In this document: one piece after another, positions 1-12,958 of the stretch | Layout of the letters: every line of letters begins with the position of its first letter | Numbering within the stretch: the first letter of the stretch is position 1 | NCBI GenBank assembly: GCA_951406725.2 | Contig: OX597820.1 | Coordinates: 117,490,001 to 117,554,000 of the forward strand | DNA from: Octopus vulgaris | Lineage: Eukaryota | Length of the DNA: 64,000 nt | Direction: 5' to 3' | Program-made: the position numbers and the translations under genes | Notes under the pieces: model-generated | The model's input: only the letters and a program-made list of their open reading frames with translations | Databases searched by the model: none | What the model was told of the DNA's origin: nothing

Positions 1-1365
1 CCCCTGGGAGCTCCTCTATGCTGATGACCTTGCTCTAAAAGCTGAATCACTACCAGAACTAGAGAAGTTCCAGGTATGGAAGCAAGGTCTAAATTTGAAG
101 GGCCTTAGAGTTAACCTAGCAAAAACCAAAGTCTTAGTTAGTAGGAAAGCAGACAAATCACAAGTCCCTTCAGGTAGATGGACCAGCTCGATTTTAGAAA
201 AAGTGTAAGTAGTAATTCTGTAAGATGCACCTGGTGTAAGCTTTGGACATATAAAAGGTGCAGCAATATCAGAGGAAGGTTAACAGGGAAAATGGCCTTT
301 GTGTGTGGAAGATGCACAGGTACAATAAACACTGAAAATGCACAGAAAATAGACTCCATAAACTGCCAGTGGGGTAAGCTAGAGGCAGTAGATAGCTTCT
401 GTTTCCTAGGTGATCAAGTTAGTAGCAGAGGTGGATGTTCCAAGAGCAAAACTGTCAGAATAAGACTAGGCTGGGCAAAGTTTAGAGAGCTCCTGCCTCT
501 GCTGGCAACAAAGGGCCTCTTTCTCAGAGTGAAAGGCAGATTGCATGATGCCTGCGTGCAAACAGTTATGCTGTATGGCAATGAAACCTGGGCCATGACA
601 ACCGAGGACATGTGTAGGCTTAAAAGAAATGAATCTGGTATGCTTCACTGGATGTGCAATGTCTGTGCGTGTTTGACAGAGTGTAAGCATCTTGAGAGAA
701 AAGTTAGGCGTAAGAGGCATCAGATGTGGTATGCAAGGGAGATGAATGTGCTGGTATACTCTTTTACTCTTTTACTAGTTTCAGTCATCTGACTGCGGCC
801 ATGCTGGAGCACCACCTTTAATCGAGCAACTCGACCCCGGGACTTATTCTTTTGTAAGCCCAATACTTATTCTATCAGTCTCTTTTGCCGAACCACTAAG
901 TAACAGAGACATAAACACACCAGCATCGGTTGTCAAGCAATGCTAGGAGGACAAACACAGACACACAAACACACAGACGCATATATATATATACATATAT
1001 ACGATGGGCTTCTTTCAGTTTCCGTTTACCAAATCCACTCACAAGGCTTTGGTCGGCCCGGGGCTATAGTAGGAGACATTTGCTCAAGGTTCCACGCAGT
1101 GGGACTGAACTCAGAACCATGTGGTTGGTAAACAAGCTACTTACCACACAGCCACTCCTGCGTAATGCATATGGACGAGGACAGCTGTGTAAAGAAGTTC
1201 CAATCTCTAACTGTGTTGGGAACCTGTAATAGAGATAAACTGAGGAAGTCATGGGATGAGGTGGGGAAGCATGATCTCTGAACTTTGGGCCTCACAGAGG
1301 CAATGACTAGTGACCGAGACCTTTGGTGATATGCTATGCTTGGGAAGACCCATCAAGCCAAGTGA
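1..1365 (+). mobile_element. RTE-clade LINE 3' part (RT C-terminus), degenerate, interrupted by a SINE at ~757-1160
   Basis: PWELLYADDL at position 2, then KTKVL, FCFLG, MLYGNETW and a C-terminal motif; frameshifts and stops are present. Confidence 0.9.
757..1160 (-). mobile_element. Composite tRNA-head SINE with internal (TA)/(TG) microsatellite and (GTAAAAGA)n tail
   Basis: The same sequence recurs at about 15885-16225, 22990-23345, 26530-26960, 38930-39370, 41610-42000 and 46320-46740. Confidence 0.85.
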
Positions 1366-1749
1366 AATTGCAATCTTGGCTGATGCTGGCACCTGTGTCA
1401 GTGGCATGTAAAATCCACCTTTCAAGTATTAATCATCATTGAGGCAAAGTGGTTGAGCTCATTTCAAGTGTTGGGCCTCACGGTGGCAATAATCAAGACC
1501 TTTGGTCTTATGTTGTGCTTGAGAAGAAGAAGACCCATCAAGCCAAGTAAAATCGCAGTTATGGCAGATATCGGTGTCATGTAAAAGACACGTGAAAGCA
1601 CCCATTTACATTCTTTGGAGTGGTTGGCATTAGGAAGGACATCCAGCTGCAGAAACCATTCCAAAACAGACCGGAGTCTGGTGCAGCCTTCCAGCTTGCC
1701 AGCCCTGGTCAAACTGTCCAACCCATGCCAGCATGGACAATGGACGCTG

Positions 1750-1761
1750 AATGATGATGAC

Positions 1762-1795
<34 letters not shown>

Positions 1796-1807
1796 GTGGT
1801 GGTGATG

Positions 1808-1859
<52 letters not shown>

Positions 1860-1903
1860 GGTGGTGGTGGTGGTGATGATGACGATGATGATGATGGTGA
1901 TGG

Positions 1904-1937
<34 letters not shown>

Positions 1938-2044
1938 AATGATGATGATGATGGTGATGGTGGTGGTGGTGGTGGTGATGATGACGATGATGATGATGGT
2001 GATGGTGATGGTGATGGTGATGATGATGATGATGATGATAATGA

Positions 2045-2078
<34 letters not shown>

Positions 2079-2195
2079 GGTAATGGTGGTGATGATGATG
2101 ATGGTGATGGTGGTGGTGATGAAGATGATGATGATGATGACGATCATGATGATGATGATGATGATGATGACGACGATGACGATGATGACGATGAC
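1750..2195. repeat. (GAT/GGT)n compound microsatellite following a LINE 3'UTR-type tail
   Basis: Direct reading; preceded by the ccatgccagcatgg...aacg tail element. Confidence 0.95.
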
Positions 2196-2557
2196 TAGAA
2201 TGTCTATGATGCTAAGTCTGACAGATCAGAGCTGACCAAGGATAAGTGATAACAAAAAAAATCAAATGATTTTTACACTAAAGTGACCAGAGTCCAACTA
2301 GAGAACCTCTAATTAGTCAGTCGACCTTTTAGAAATAGCAGCTAAATTTCTCTCAAAGAACACCATGTACTATTTATCTCTTTTGCAGTGGAGAATCTTA
2401 CTTTGTCTCTCATGGTTTCTATTTACAACTAAGTGAATTAAGTGTCTCTTATGAGGACTGAACACAAAACAAAGGGCAGGAAATGATGTCTTTAACTTTT
2501 CCTTTTCTTCCATTATATATATATATATATGTATCTATGTATATGTGTATATATATA

Positions 2558-2602
<45 letters not shown>

Positions 2603-4035
2603 ATATATATATATATATACATACATACATACATATATATATATAAGTATGTATGTATATGTGTATATATACATACATATATATATATATATATATACTT
2701 TGTTGTAAACACTTACAAGAACCATAAGGGGTTCTTGGTATCCTGCCACCATTTCTGGTATTTATCAAGGACCCTTGACCATAATTGCCTTTCTTTTTTT
2801 TTTCTCAGCTTTAGCTGTTTATAAATTACAAATTGTTGTACTTTTGTGGACAAAATAAAGAAACTGAGTGAAAATTGGACGCCTGCAACTTCTTTTATAG
2901 CTAAATGTAAAATGGTAAAGTTGGAAGAATGGTAGAATGTTGTTTGATATATTACAGATTTGATTTACATTCCTTCATATCATCATCATCATCATCATCA
3001 TCATAATTTTTGTGTCCACTTTTCCATGTTTGCATGGTTGGAAAAAATTTGTCGCCACAGGTTTTCTGTGACCAGGTGCCTTTCCTGTCATCAACTCTTA
3101 TGAAGGGGTGCTGAAAAATTCCTGGCTTTAAGAGTATTGTGAAAGGCCTGGTTAGAATCTCTACATTCCAGGCTCTTTTACAGGGTTTAGGGAAACTGAA
3201 GAACTGCTGCTTTAAATGTGTGAATCTGAGAGGGGAAATATGTTGAATCATCATCATCATCATCGTTTAACGTCCGTTCTCCATGCTAGCATGGGTTGGA
3301 TGGTTCGACAGGGGATCTGGGAAGCCAGAAGGCTGCACCAGGCTCCAGTCTTATCTGGCAATGTTTCTACAGCTGGATGCCCTTCCTAATGCCAACCACT
3401 CCGTGAGTGTAGTGGGTGCTTTTTACGTGCCACCTGCACAGGTGCCAGGCGAGGCTGGCAACAGCCACGGTCGGATTGGTGTATTTTACGTGCCACCGGC
3501 ACGGAAGCCAGTCGATGAATAAAATCCTGTATTTTCTTTTACGCAAAACCAGGAACTTTTCAACAACACCATTGCCCCACCTCTATACATGTTTTCAAGG
3601 TATGGTAATATTTCCTAACGGCCAGACTTGTTTTTAAGCGGAGGATTGGAAATGAATGACAACTGTGATTATCCTTTAGCTCAAGATTATTGATTGAACA
3701 AGTTTATGATTGAAAAGTTTCAGCCATGACCATCCCATCGAGGACTGCATAGTATATCTAAGACTGCACTGTATATCTAAGACTGCATTGTTCAATGTAG
3801 CTGTCCTTTTTTAAAGGTGGTAGGGAGGAGTGATTTAAGAAATATTTGGTTGATATTTCTAGTAGGTCAAGCAATTGTGTAGAGGAGGCTTACTTGTTCG
3901 TTTCAGTAAAAGACACAGTTCTTGTACAAGTTCTCTTGAAGAATTTCATTCATTTTCTTATTTCCCAATAAGTTTAAATGATGCTGGAAGAATACTTAAG
4001 GAATGCATGGAAGAAAGAGTGAAGAAAGGATGCGT

Positions 4036-4464
<429 letters not shown>

Positions 4465-4954
4465 GCTAGAAGGGAATATTAAAGAACTAGTTTACCATTC
4501 CCTGTCAAAAGTATGCCATGCATGTAGTGTCCTTATTTGCCATGAACACTTCTCAGAATTTCAACTTTTCCTCAAGTTTTCTTTGAATTTATGCCATTTC
4601 ATAAAAGAGCAATTCATTCCATCAGAGAGGAAGACATTCACCAAAAACTGAATGTAAAAATGGTTTAAGAAGAATTACATTTTAAGTATTATAATGTGAA
4701 AAAGTTATATTTATGTTTTAAGAATTCTATTTTCGGTATAATAATTTTAAAATCATATTTGTGTTTTAAGAATTATATTGTTTCATTTATATTCAAGAAA
4801 AACTAATTTTTAAAAAATGCAAATTTGTGCAGCGATAGAAATCATGCAAAAGCCAACATTGGGGTCTGGGGGTCTGATGAAACCCTGCCTTGTCGGACCC
4901 AGTCGAACGGTCCAAGCCATGCAAGCATTGTAAACAGACGATAAATGATATTTA

Positions 4955-5233
4955 TGATGATGATGATGATGATGATGATGACGATGTTGATTATGATGAT
5001 GACGATGATGCTGACGATGATGCTGACGATGATGATGACGATGATGATGATGACGATGATGCTGACGATGATGATGATAACGATGATGATGTTGATGATG
5101 ATGATGACAATGTTGATTATGATGCTGACGATGATGCTGATGATGATGATGATGATGATGATGCTGATGATGATGACGACGATGATGATGATGATGATGA
5201 TGACAATGTTGATTATGATGCTGACGATGATGC

Positions 5234-5272
<39 letters not shown>

Positions 5273-5534
5273 CAATGTTGATTATGATGCTGACGATGAT
5301 GATGATGATGATGACGATGATGACGATGACCACAACAATGACGATGATGATGATGATGATGATAATGATGATGTTGATAATGCTGTTGATGATGACAATG
5401 ATGATGATGATGATGATGACGATGTTGATTATGATGCTGACGGTGATGCTGATGATGATGACGATGATGATGATGATGATGATGATGATGACGATGTTGA
5501 TTATGATGCTGACGGTGATGCTGATGATGATGAC

Positions 5535-5578
<44 letters not shown>

Positions 5579-5690
5579 CGATGATGATGTTGATGATGAT
5601 GACAATGTTGATTATGATGCTGACGATGATGCTGATGATGATGATAATGATGATGAAGATGATGAAGAAGATGATGATGATGATGATGAC

Positions 5691-5722
<32 letters not shown>

Positions 5723-5835
5723 CGATGACTATGATGATGACGCTGATGATGACGAAGATGACGATGACGATAATGATGATGATGTTGTTGATGATGATGA
5801 TGATGACGGCAGCAACAATGATGACGACGATGAAT
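4955..5835. repeat. (GAT)n microsatellite with a recurrent higher-order unit (gacaatgttgattatgatgctgac)
   Basis: Direct reading. Confidence 0.95.
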
Positions 5836-6449
5836 GATGTTTTTTTTTTTCCCCCCCCTCTCAATATTTTTGTGCGCAAAACAAAGAACCATCAGCAGAA
5901 TCCCAAGCACACACACACACACAGATTGCAATTTTATATTAAATTACACCCAGCATCTCCTCGCTGCGATGTTTATCCTATCTACCTGGCTGTCTATCTA
6001 ACCAGCTTCCCAAGACGCTCACCCTTCCATTGTTCATAAATTACCCAGGGACAGCAAACATCAGATCAGCCGTATTCACAAGAGATAGAAACCAACTTTG
6101 AACTAATAACACATACATCAGGGCTTGCCAAAGAATATAGGATAATCTATTTTAAACATGGCCCCAGGTCAGAAATAAATTCACCGAGAAAGTAAAGCAA
6201 AACTCTTTAGATGGAGACATAAATTGATTGCATCAAAAAAGAAAGCCCACACACACCAGACACATGCATACGTCTACACACACACACACACACACACACA
6301 TAGGCATACACGCCATACACACTCACAGCTACGCGTATGATTATGTGTGCGTGTATGTGTGTGCACACGTGAGTGTGTGCATACGTAAGTGTGTGCACAC
6401 GTAAGTGTGTGCCGATGTATGTGTGTGTGAGTGTATCTGTTTGTCCGCA

Positions 6450-7206
6450 TATATGTATGTATGGATGTATGTATGTATGTATGTATGTATGTATGTATGC
6501 ATGTATGTATGCATGTAGGTATGTATGTATGTAGGTATGTATGTATGTATGTATGTATGCATGTAGGTATGTATCTATGTATGTAGGTATGTATGTACGT
6601 ATGTATGTATGTATGTATGTATGCATGCATGTAGGTATGTATGTATGTATGTATGTATGTATGCATGTATGTATGCATGTAGGTATGTATCTATGTATGT
6701 AGGTATGTATGTACGTATGTATGTATGTATGTATGTATGCATGCATGTATGTAGGTATGTATGTACGTATGTGCGTATGTAGGTATGTATGTATGTATGT
6801 ATGTACGTATGTACGTATGTATGTAGGTATGTATGTATGTATGTAGGTATGTATGTACGTATGTATGTATGTATGTATGTATGCATGCATGTATGTAGGT
6901 ATGTATGTACGTATGTGCGTATGTAGGTATGTATGTATGTATGTATGTACGTATGTACGTATGTATGTAGGTATGTATGTATGTATGTAGGTATGTATGT
7001 ACGTATGTATGTATGTATGTATGTATGTATGTATGTACGTATGTACGTATGTATGTAGGTATGTATGTACGTATGTATGTATGTATGTAGGTATGTATGT
7101 ATGTATGTATGTATGTATGTACGTACGTACGTATGTATGTATGTATGTATTTATGTATGTATGTATGTATGTATGTATGTAGGTATGTATGGATGTATGT
7201 ATGTAT
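6450..7206. repeat. (TATG)n tetranucleotide array with variant units
   Basis: Direct reading. Confidence 0.95.
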
Positions 7207-7440
7207 GAGGGCACCTGGCTTAGCAGTTAGGGTGTTGGACTTGCAACCACAAGATTGTGGTTTCGATTCCTGGACTGGTGATGCATTGTGCTCTTGAGCA
7301 AGATCCTTCATTTCATATTGCTTCAGGCTACTCATCCACCAAAAGTGAGTAATCCTGCAAAAGACAGGCTTCCTATCCAGGGGGAGAATATACACCAGAG
7401 AAACCAGGAAACCATTCCTATGAGTCTATATGATTTGGTA

Positions 7441-7825
7441 AGGGCACCAAACTGTTAATCCATTAATTGTTAATTAACGAAGTTAACATTTTGTTAATGA
7501 TTTCACTTTTAAGCTAACTTTGGAAATCATTATCAGACTAATTAACTTCCATTAACTCAAGTCAACTCGAGTTAACTTCTGTTGGTTTCAATTCAATTGA
7601 AGTTAACGGATTTTATAGTTTTGGCACTTTTTAAAGGTGTTTTTAGGTGGACTTAGAACAAAAACTGATTTATTTTTTCTATAAGAAAAATTAACGTTAA
7701 TGGTTTATTGTCAACTTCCATTACATTAGGAAATAATTAATTGATTAATGGTTATTGAAGGTAAGTTTTGGTTAACGGATTAATGGTTAATGAAGTTAAC
7801 TTTCGATTAATGGTGCTCACCTTTG
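7441..7825. mobile_element. Putative MITE, rich in GTTAAC palindromes, with imperfect terminal inverted repeats
   Basis: gcacc...ttaatc at the left end and gattaatggtgc at the right; many internal gttaac/attaat palindromes. Confidence 0.45.
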
Positions 7826-7844
7826 CTTTTATGTATGTCTGCTT

Positions 7845-10212
7845 CTCAAAGACAGGCCTTCCCAGTCACAGGTGTGGTCACAGAGCCCCACGCCCCATCC
7901 TACCAATATGATATCCAGCATGTTCTTTTGTGCACCTTGTGTAGCAGAGTGTATGGGTCAGCCAGTGGATATCCAAGGTACTTTGGATAGGCTGGAGCTA
8001 TGCGAAACTGGTGCAGGAAACAGCCATGAACTCACATTATTTGTTGGGTTTTTGCGGCCTATACCCCTCAGCCAGGGCTACCTGATGGACAGAAGGACCG
8101 ATTCTATTACACCCTACTGCAGACTACCTCGTTGACGAATGACAGAGACCTTCTCTTTGTGGCTGGTGATTTCAATGGACATGTTGGGGAGGCTATGGTT
8201 ATGGTTCCCGCCACGAGGAGGGAACCAGGCGGCTGGAGTTCTGCGATGCAAATGATCTTATTGTTTGCAACACTAACTTCAGGAAACCTACCAGCCACCT
8301 AGTCACCTACCAATCGGGCCGGCATACTAGCCAAATTGACTACATCCTTGCCAGGAAAAGGGTAAGATGGCTGCTTATAAATGCCAAAACCTTCCTAGGC
8401 GAAGAATGTACCACACAACATAGACTGGTAGTTAGTGACTTTAGGATCAGGACTAAGAGGACGACTAGAAGACGACCAACATGGAGAAGAAGGGTCTGGA
8501 AGCTTAAAGATCCTGCGAATGGACAGAGATTTAGGGACATATTAGTTGAAGTTTTTGACAAAATAGAAGGGGATATAGCTTCACATGGGGTAGAAGACAA
8601 CTGGAGGTTTCTAAGGGACAATCTGCTGAGAGCCACTGGCCAGATCTGTGGATCGTGCAAAGTCCCCTCTCGAACCAAAATAACGTGGTGGTGGAACAAT
8701 GTTGTAGACAGGGCTATTAGAGAAAAGAGACAGGCTTGGAAGGACTGGAAGAATGGTGGTAGCAGGGAATCATATCAGACTGCCAAAAGAGAAGCTAGGA
8801 GGCAGGTGTATTTAGCCAGAGGGGAAGCAGATAAGAAAAAATTTGCCAATGTTCTGTGCTGTGAGGATGAAAGACTTGAGGTATTTCGTGTTGCAAGACA
8901 GTGTGTGAGAGAGAATTGTGATGTTATAGGAGAGAAATGTGTCCGCATGGATGACGGTTCTCTTGCGCTAAATGAGGCAGCAAAGAGAGAGGTTTGGAGA
9001 CGCCACTATGAAAGGTTGCTGAACAAAGAAAATGAATGGGAGAAAGAGAGTCTGCCGAATGTTGATCCAACAGAGGGACCAGCTATCCGAGTTGACAGTA
9101 CCTTGGTAGTTAAAGCAATTAAGAGTATGAAGAGCGGGAAAGCCCCCGGCCCATCAAGAATTACTGCAGAGATGCTCAAAATATCTGGCAGTGTTAGCAT
9201 TAGCCTGGTCACCCATATAGTCAACCAGGTGATACACGAAGGAGTCATACCCAATGACTGGTGTAGCAGCATAATAGTCAACTGCTACAAAGGTAAAGGT
9301 GACGCCCTAGATACAAATAATTACAGAGGTATCAAGCTGTTGGATCAGGTAATGAAGGTTATGGAGAGGGTCATAGCCCAACTGATTAGGGAGAGAGTTT
9401 GTTTGGATGAGATGCAATTTGGTTTTGTGCCAGGGAAAAGCACCACTGATGCTATATTTCTGGTTAGACAGCTGCAGGAGAAATACCTAGCCAAAGATAA
9501 GCCCCTGTACCTGGCTTTCGTTGACATGAAGAAAGCCTTCGACAGGTTCCCCCGATCCCTTATCTGGTGGTCAATGAGGAAACTAGGGATAGATGAATGG
9601 TTAGTGAGAGTCGTGCAAGCCATGTACAGGGACACTGTCAGTAAGGTGAGGGTTGGCAATGAGTACAGTGAAAAATTCCGGGTAGAGGTAGGGGTCCACC
9701 AAGGTTCAGTCCTCAGCCCCCTCCTATTTATCATAGTCCTCCAGGCAATAATGGAGGAATTCAAGACAGGATACCCCTGGGAGCTCCTCTATGCTGATGA
9801 CCTTGCTCTAATTGCTGAGTCACTATCAGAACTGGAGGAGAAGTTTCAAGTGTAGAAACAAGGATTAGAATTGAAGGGCCTTAAAGTCAACCTAGCTAAA
9901 ACCAAAGTCTTAATAAGTAGGAAGGCAGGCAAACCACAAGTCCCTTCAGGTAGATGGCCCTGAAAAGGCGTAGGTAGAAACTCTATAAGATGTACCCAGT
10001 GTAAGCTAAGAGGTGCAGCAATATCAGTGGAAGGCTAACTGGGAGGATAGTTTTCGTTTGTGGCAGATGCTCGGGCGCTGTAAATAACACTGAAAATGTC
10101 CAGAGAACAACTTCCGCCACATTCCAGGGAGAAAAACTAGAAGTAGTTGATAGCTTCTGTTACCTAGGTGACCAAGTCAGTAGTGGGAGTGGATGCTCTG
10201 AAAGTGTAGCTG
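7845..10212 (+). mobile_element. RTE-clade LINE: APE endonuclease + reverse transcriptase, degenerate and 3'-truncated
   Basis: Endonuclease motifs AGDFNGHVG (~8163), QIDYIL and HRLV. RT ORF 8806-9855 carries KAPGP, YRGIKLL, QFGF, FVDMKKAFD, GVHQGSVLSPLLF and LYADDL, with a premature stop at 9853. Confidence 0.95.
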
Positions 10213-10269
10213 GATGCCCTTCCTAATGCCAACCATGCCGTGAGTGTAGTGGGTGCTTTTTACATGCCA

Positions 10270-11289
10270 TTGAATGACTATGAGCAAAACTATTACGTGG
10301 AAGTCTGGAAGTCTTCAACAAAAAATCAACAAAAAACGTACCAAAGCTTTTATTGAAGCTCTCAAATCCAAAATCTTAAAGGATCCAACCAAATCCATGA
10401 GAAAAATGGCAATTGAACTTGAAGTAGACAACAAGACCATTAGAAATGCTGTCAAATATGATTTGAGGTTAAAATCTTACACAAGAACACCAAAACACTT
10501 GTTGACAACAGCTTTGAAGAAAAAGAGATAGGAGAGGTGCAAGAAAATTATTACATGGTTCAAGAAAAAGTCCTCCATTGTAACAATCTTTTCAGATGAA
10601 AAGATCTTCACTGTCGATGCTGTTCTGAACAGCAGAAATGACAGATTTATCGCAAAATCAACAGCTGAGGTTAAGGGGTCATTCAAAACAAAAAATCCTG
10701 TTCAAGTTATGGCTTCTGGTGTTGTGGCTTCTGATGGAAAGAAAATGCCTATAAAATTCTACAAAGCTGATGTTAATATTTACTACAAGACTCTGAGATA
10801 CCAGGTATTACCATGACTTAAAGCAAACTATCCAGATGGTAATTATGTATGGACACAGGATGGTGCTCCAGCCCACACAGCTAGAAAAATACAAGATTTC
10901 TGCAAATCCAACTTTAGCAATTTTTGGAATCATGTTTATGGCCACCTTCTAGCCCAGATCTAAACTCTCTGGATTATGCTATTTGGGGCGTTTTAGAACA
11001 TGCTACCAATAGAACATCACACTGCAATGTCGACTCTCTTAAAGATACTATTAAAGAAGAATGGGAGAAGTTGTCTCTGGAATATTTGAGGAACTCCTGT
11101 GCAAGTTTCAGGAAGTGTGTGAAGGCAGTTATTGAGATAGAAGGGGGACACATAGAATAAAAACATATTTTATTATGTAAATTTTCTTGTGGCAAATAAA
11201 TTCTCATGACTTTCAATAAACAAATTGGTCATACACTGTCTTTCAATCCCTGCCTCAAAATATTGTAAATTTTGCTTCCCCACCCTGTA
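10270..11289 (+). mobile_element. Tc1/mariner transposon, DD37D (maT-type), inactive, 5'-truncated
   Basis: FSDEKIF, WTQDGAPAH and WPPSSPDLNSLDY. There are 37 residues between the 2nd and 3rd Asp after repairing a 1-nt frameshift at ~10927. In-frame stops are present; the right end is CACCCTG-TA. Confidence 0.9.
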
Positions 11290-11400
11290 CATATATATAT
11301 GTAAATCATCCTCAGATCCTCAAGCTTTATTCTTTGTTTTCTCATTCCAAATTCTTCTAAATCTTGGGTTTTTCCCGCCGTTTTTGCAAAACCCCCAGAA

Positions 11401-12273
11401 ATGGTTGGGGCGAGAGCTTCAAAGTGTCAATGTTCGTCAAATAACAACAGAGAAGTCCTAAGCGATTTTAATGAGAAACTTCCAGAATGTGTAGAACTGT
11501 CAGACTCACATTCTTCAGATTCCAGTTGTGATTCCAGTTCACCAATTGTCAAAAGACATAGGAAGACGAAAAGGAAAATCTTGGATCCTTCCCAAATCGA
11601 GTCATCAGAAAAGGCTCAGGTTTATTCATTAATAGCAAAGAAATCATTTGAGAAAATCGATTCTGCACAATTCGATTTCTCTGCATTTTGCGTTGACACA
11701 AACAAAGACCATGCGGAGAGAACTGCTGAAAATTCAAACACAGGCGAAACAGAGACCCCTGGGACCACTGCCAGCCATGAGGAAAATAACAACCGATGCT
11801 CGCCTTCACCTCCAACCCCACCACCTCTTCGCCGCATCAGAAACACAAGGAAATTACCATCCAGAACAGAAATAAGTTGTAAAATAACCACAATGAAATC
11901 GAATATCAGGAAATTCGACCAGATGTTACATTCTTCACAGACACCCTTTGAAAAGCACATGCCCACAGCATCAGGAACGACGACGAGGGGAGACAACTCC
12001 AATGAAATGTGTGTGCTAAATGACAGCGTCATCATTGTAGACGATGACAATGACAATGATGACTGCTGTATTTGTGAAGAAGGTAGTGGTGGCGGTGGTG
12101 GTGGTAGAAGAACCAACAGAAGAGGCAGAATTAACAGTGGTCATGAGAGTCACAGCAGTATCCTCGAAAACCGAAGGATCGTCGTCATGGTGATAGTGGA
12201 GCTGGAAGTGAAGCGTTTCGATATGAATTATTTCACCTGGTGTGCTAACATTTCTGCGAGCTCGCTGCTTTAA
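11401..12273 (+). CDS. NFATC2-interacting protein (NIP45/Rad60/Esc2 family)-like N-terminal region; truncated copy or first coding exon
   Basis: Non-repetitive 290-aa ORF with motifs in the order seen in NFATC2IP: acidic/Ser patch, KRKILDPS..VYS, PSPPTPPP, short coiled coil, SIM-like SVIIVDDD, then a beta-strand (RRIVVMV..EVKRFDM) like the start of SUMO-like domain 1. The last ~45 nt derive from a SINE end. Identified from remembered family features, not from a search. Confidence 0.6.
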   Translation: MVGARASKCQCSSNNNREVLSDFNEKLPECVELSDSHSSDSSCDSSSPIVKRHRKTKRKILDPSQIESSEKAQVYSLIAKKSFEKIDSAQFDFSAFCVDTNKDHAERTAENSNTGETETPGTTASHEENNNRCSPSPPTPPPLRRIRNTRKLPSRTEISCKITTMKSNIRKFDQMLHSSQTPFEKHMPTASGTTTRGDNSNEMCVLNDSVIIVDDDNDNDDCCICEEGSGGGGGGRRTNRRGRINSGHESHSSILENRRIVVMVIVELEVKRFDMNYFTWCANISASSLL

Positions 12274-12300
12274 TTATCCTTTATTATTATGCAGATATCA

Positions 12301-12958
12301 AGACAGCAAGCTGGCAGAATCCTTAGCAAACCAAAGGTGGCGAGCCGGCAGAATTGTTAGCACGCCGGGCGAAATGTTTAGCGGTATTTTGTCTGCCGCT
12401 ACGTTCTGAGATCAAATTCCGCCAAGGTCGACTTTGCCTTTCATCCTTTCGGGGTCGATTTAATAAGTACCAGTTACGCACTGGGGTTGATATAATCGAC
12501 TCAATCCATTTGTCTGTCCTTGTTTGTCCTTTCTGTGTTTAGCCCCTTGTGGGTAGTAAAGAAATAGGTAATTCGTCTGCCATCACGTTCTGAGTTCAAA
12601 TTCCGCCGAGGTCGACTTTGCCTTTCATCCTTTTGGGGTTGATTAAATAAATACCAGTTACGCACTGGGGTCGATATAATCGACTCAATCCGTTTGTCTG
12701 TCCTTGTTTGTCCCCTCTGTGTTTAGCCCCTTGTGGGTAATAAAGAAATAAGAATCCTTAGCAAACCCGGCAAAATACTTAGCGGCATTTCATCCATCTT
12801 TATGTTCTGAGTTCAAACTCCACCCATGTCGACTTTGCCTTTCATCCTTTCGGGGTCGATAAATTAAGTACCAGTTGCATACTGGGGTTGATGCAATTGA
12901 CTTAACCCCTTCCCCAAAATTTCAGGTTTTGTGCCTTTAGTAAAAAGGGTTATTATGC
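12301..12958 (+). mobile_element. Nested SINE cluster (older SINE containing a younger tandem SINE pair)
   Basis: Outer TSD tattatgcagatatca at 12285-12300 and 12959-12974; inner TSD agaatccttagcaaacc at 12316-12332 and 12751-12767. Confidence 0.85.

Noticed and set aside
4810-6039. Long poly-Asp, poly-His, poly-Met and poly-Ile ORFs (also 1464-2235, 27483-28393, 40198-40916, 42253-43282) resembling acidic shell-matrix or His-rich proteins
   Set aside because: They are translations of (GAT)n microsatellites, open in several frames at once, with no signal peptide or splice structure; several begin in TE tails.
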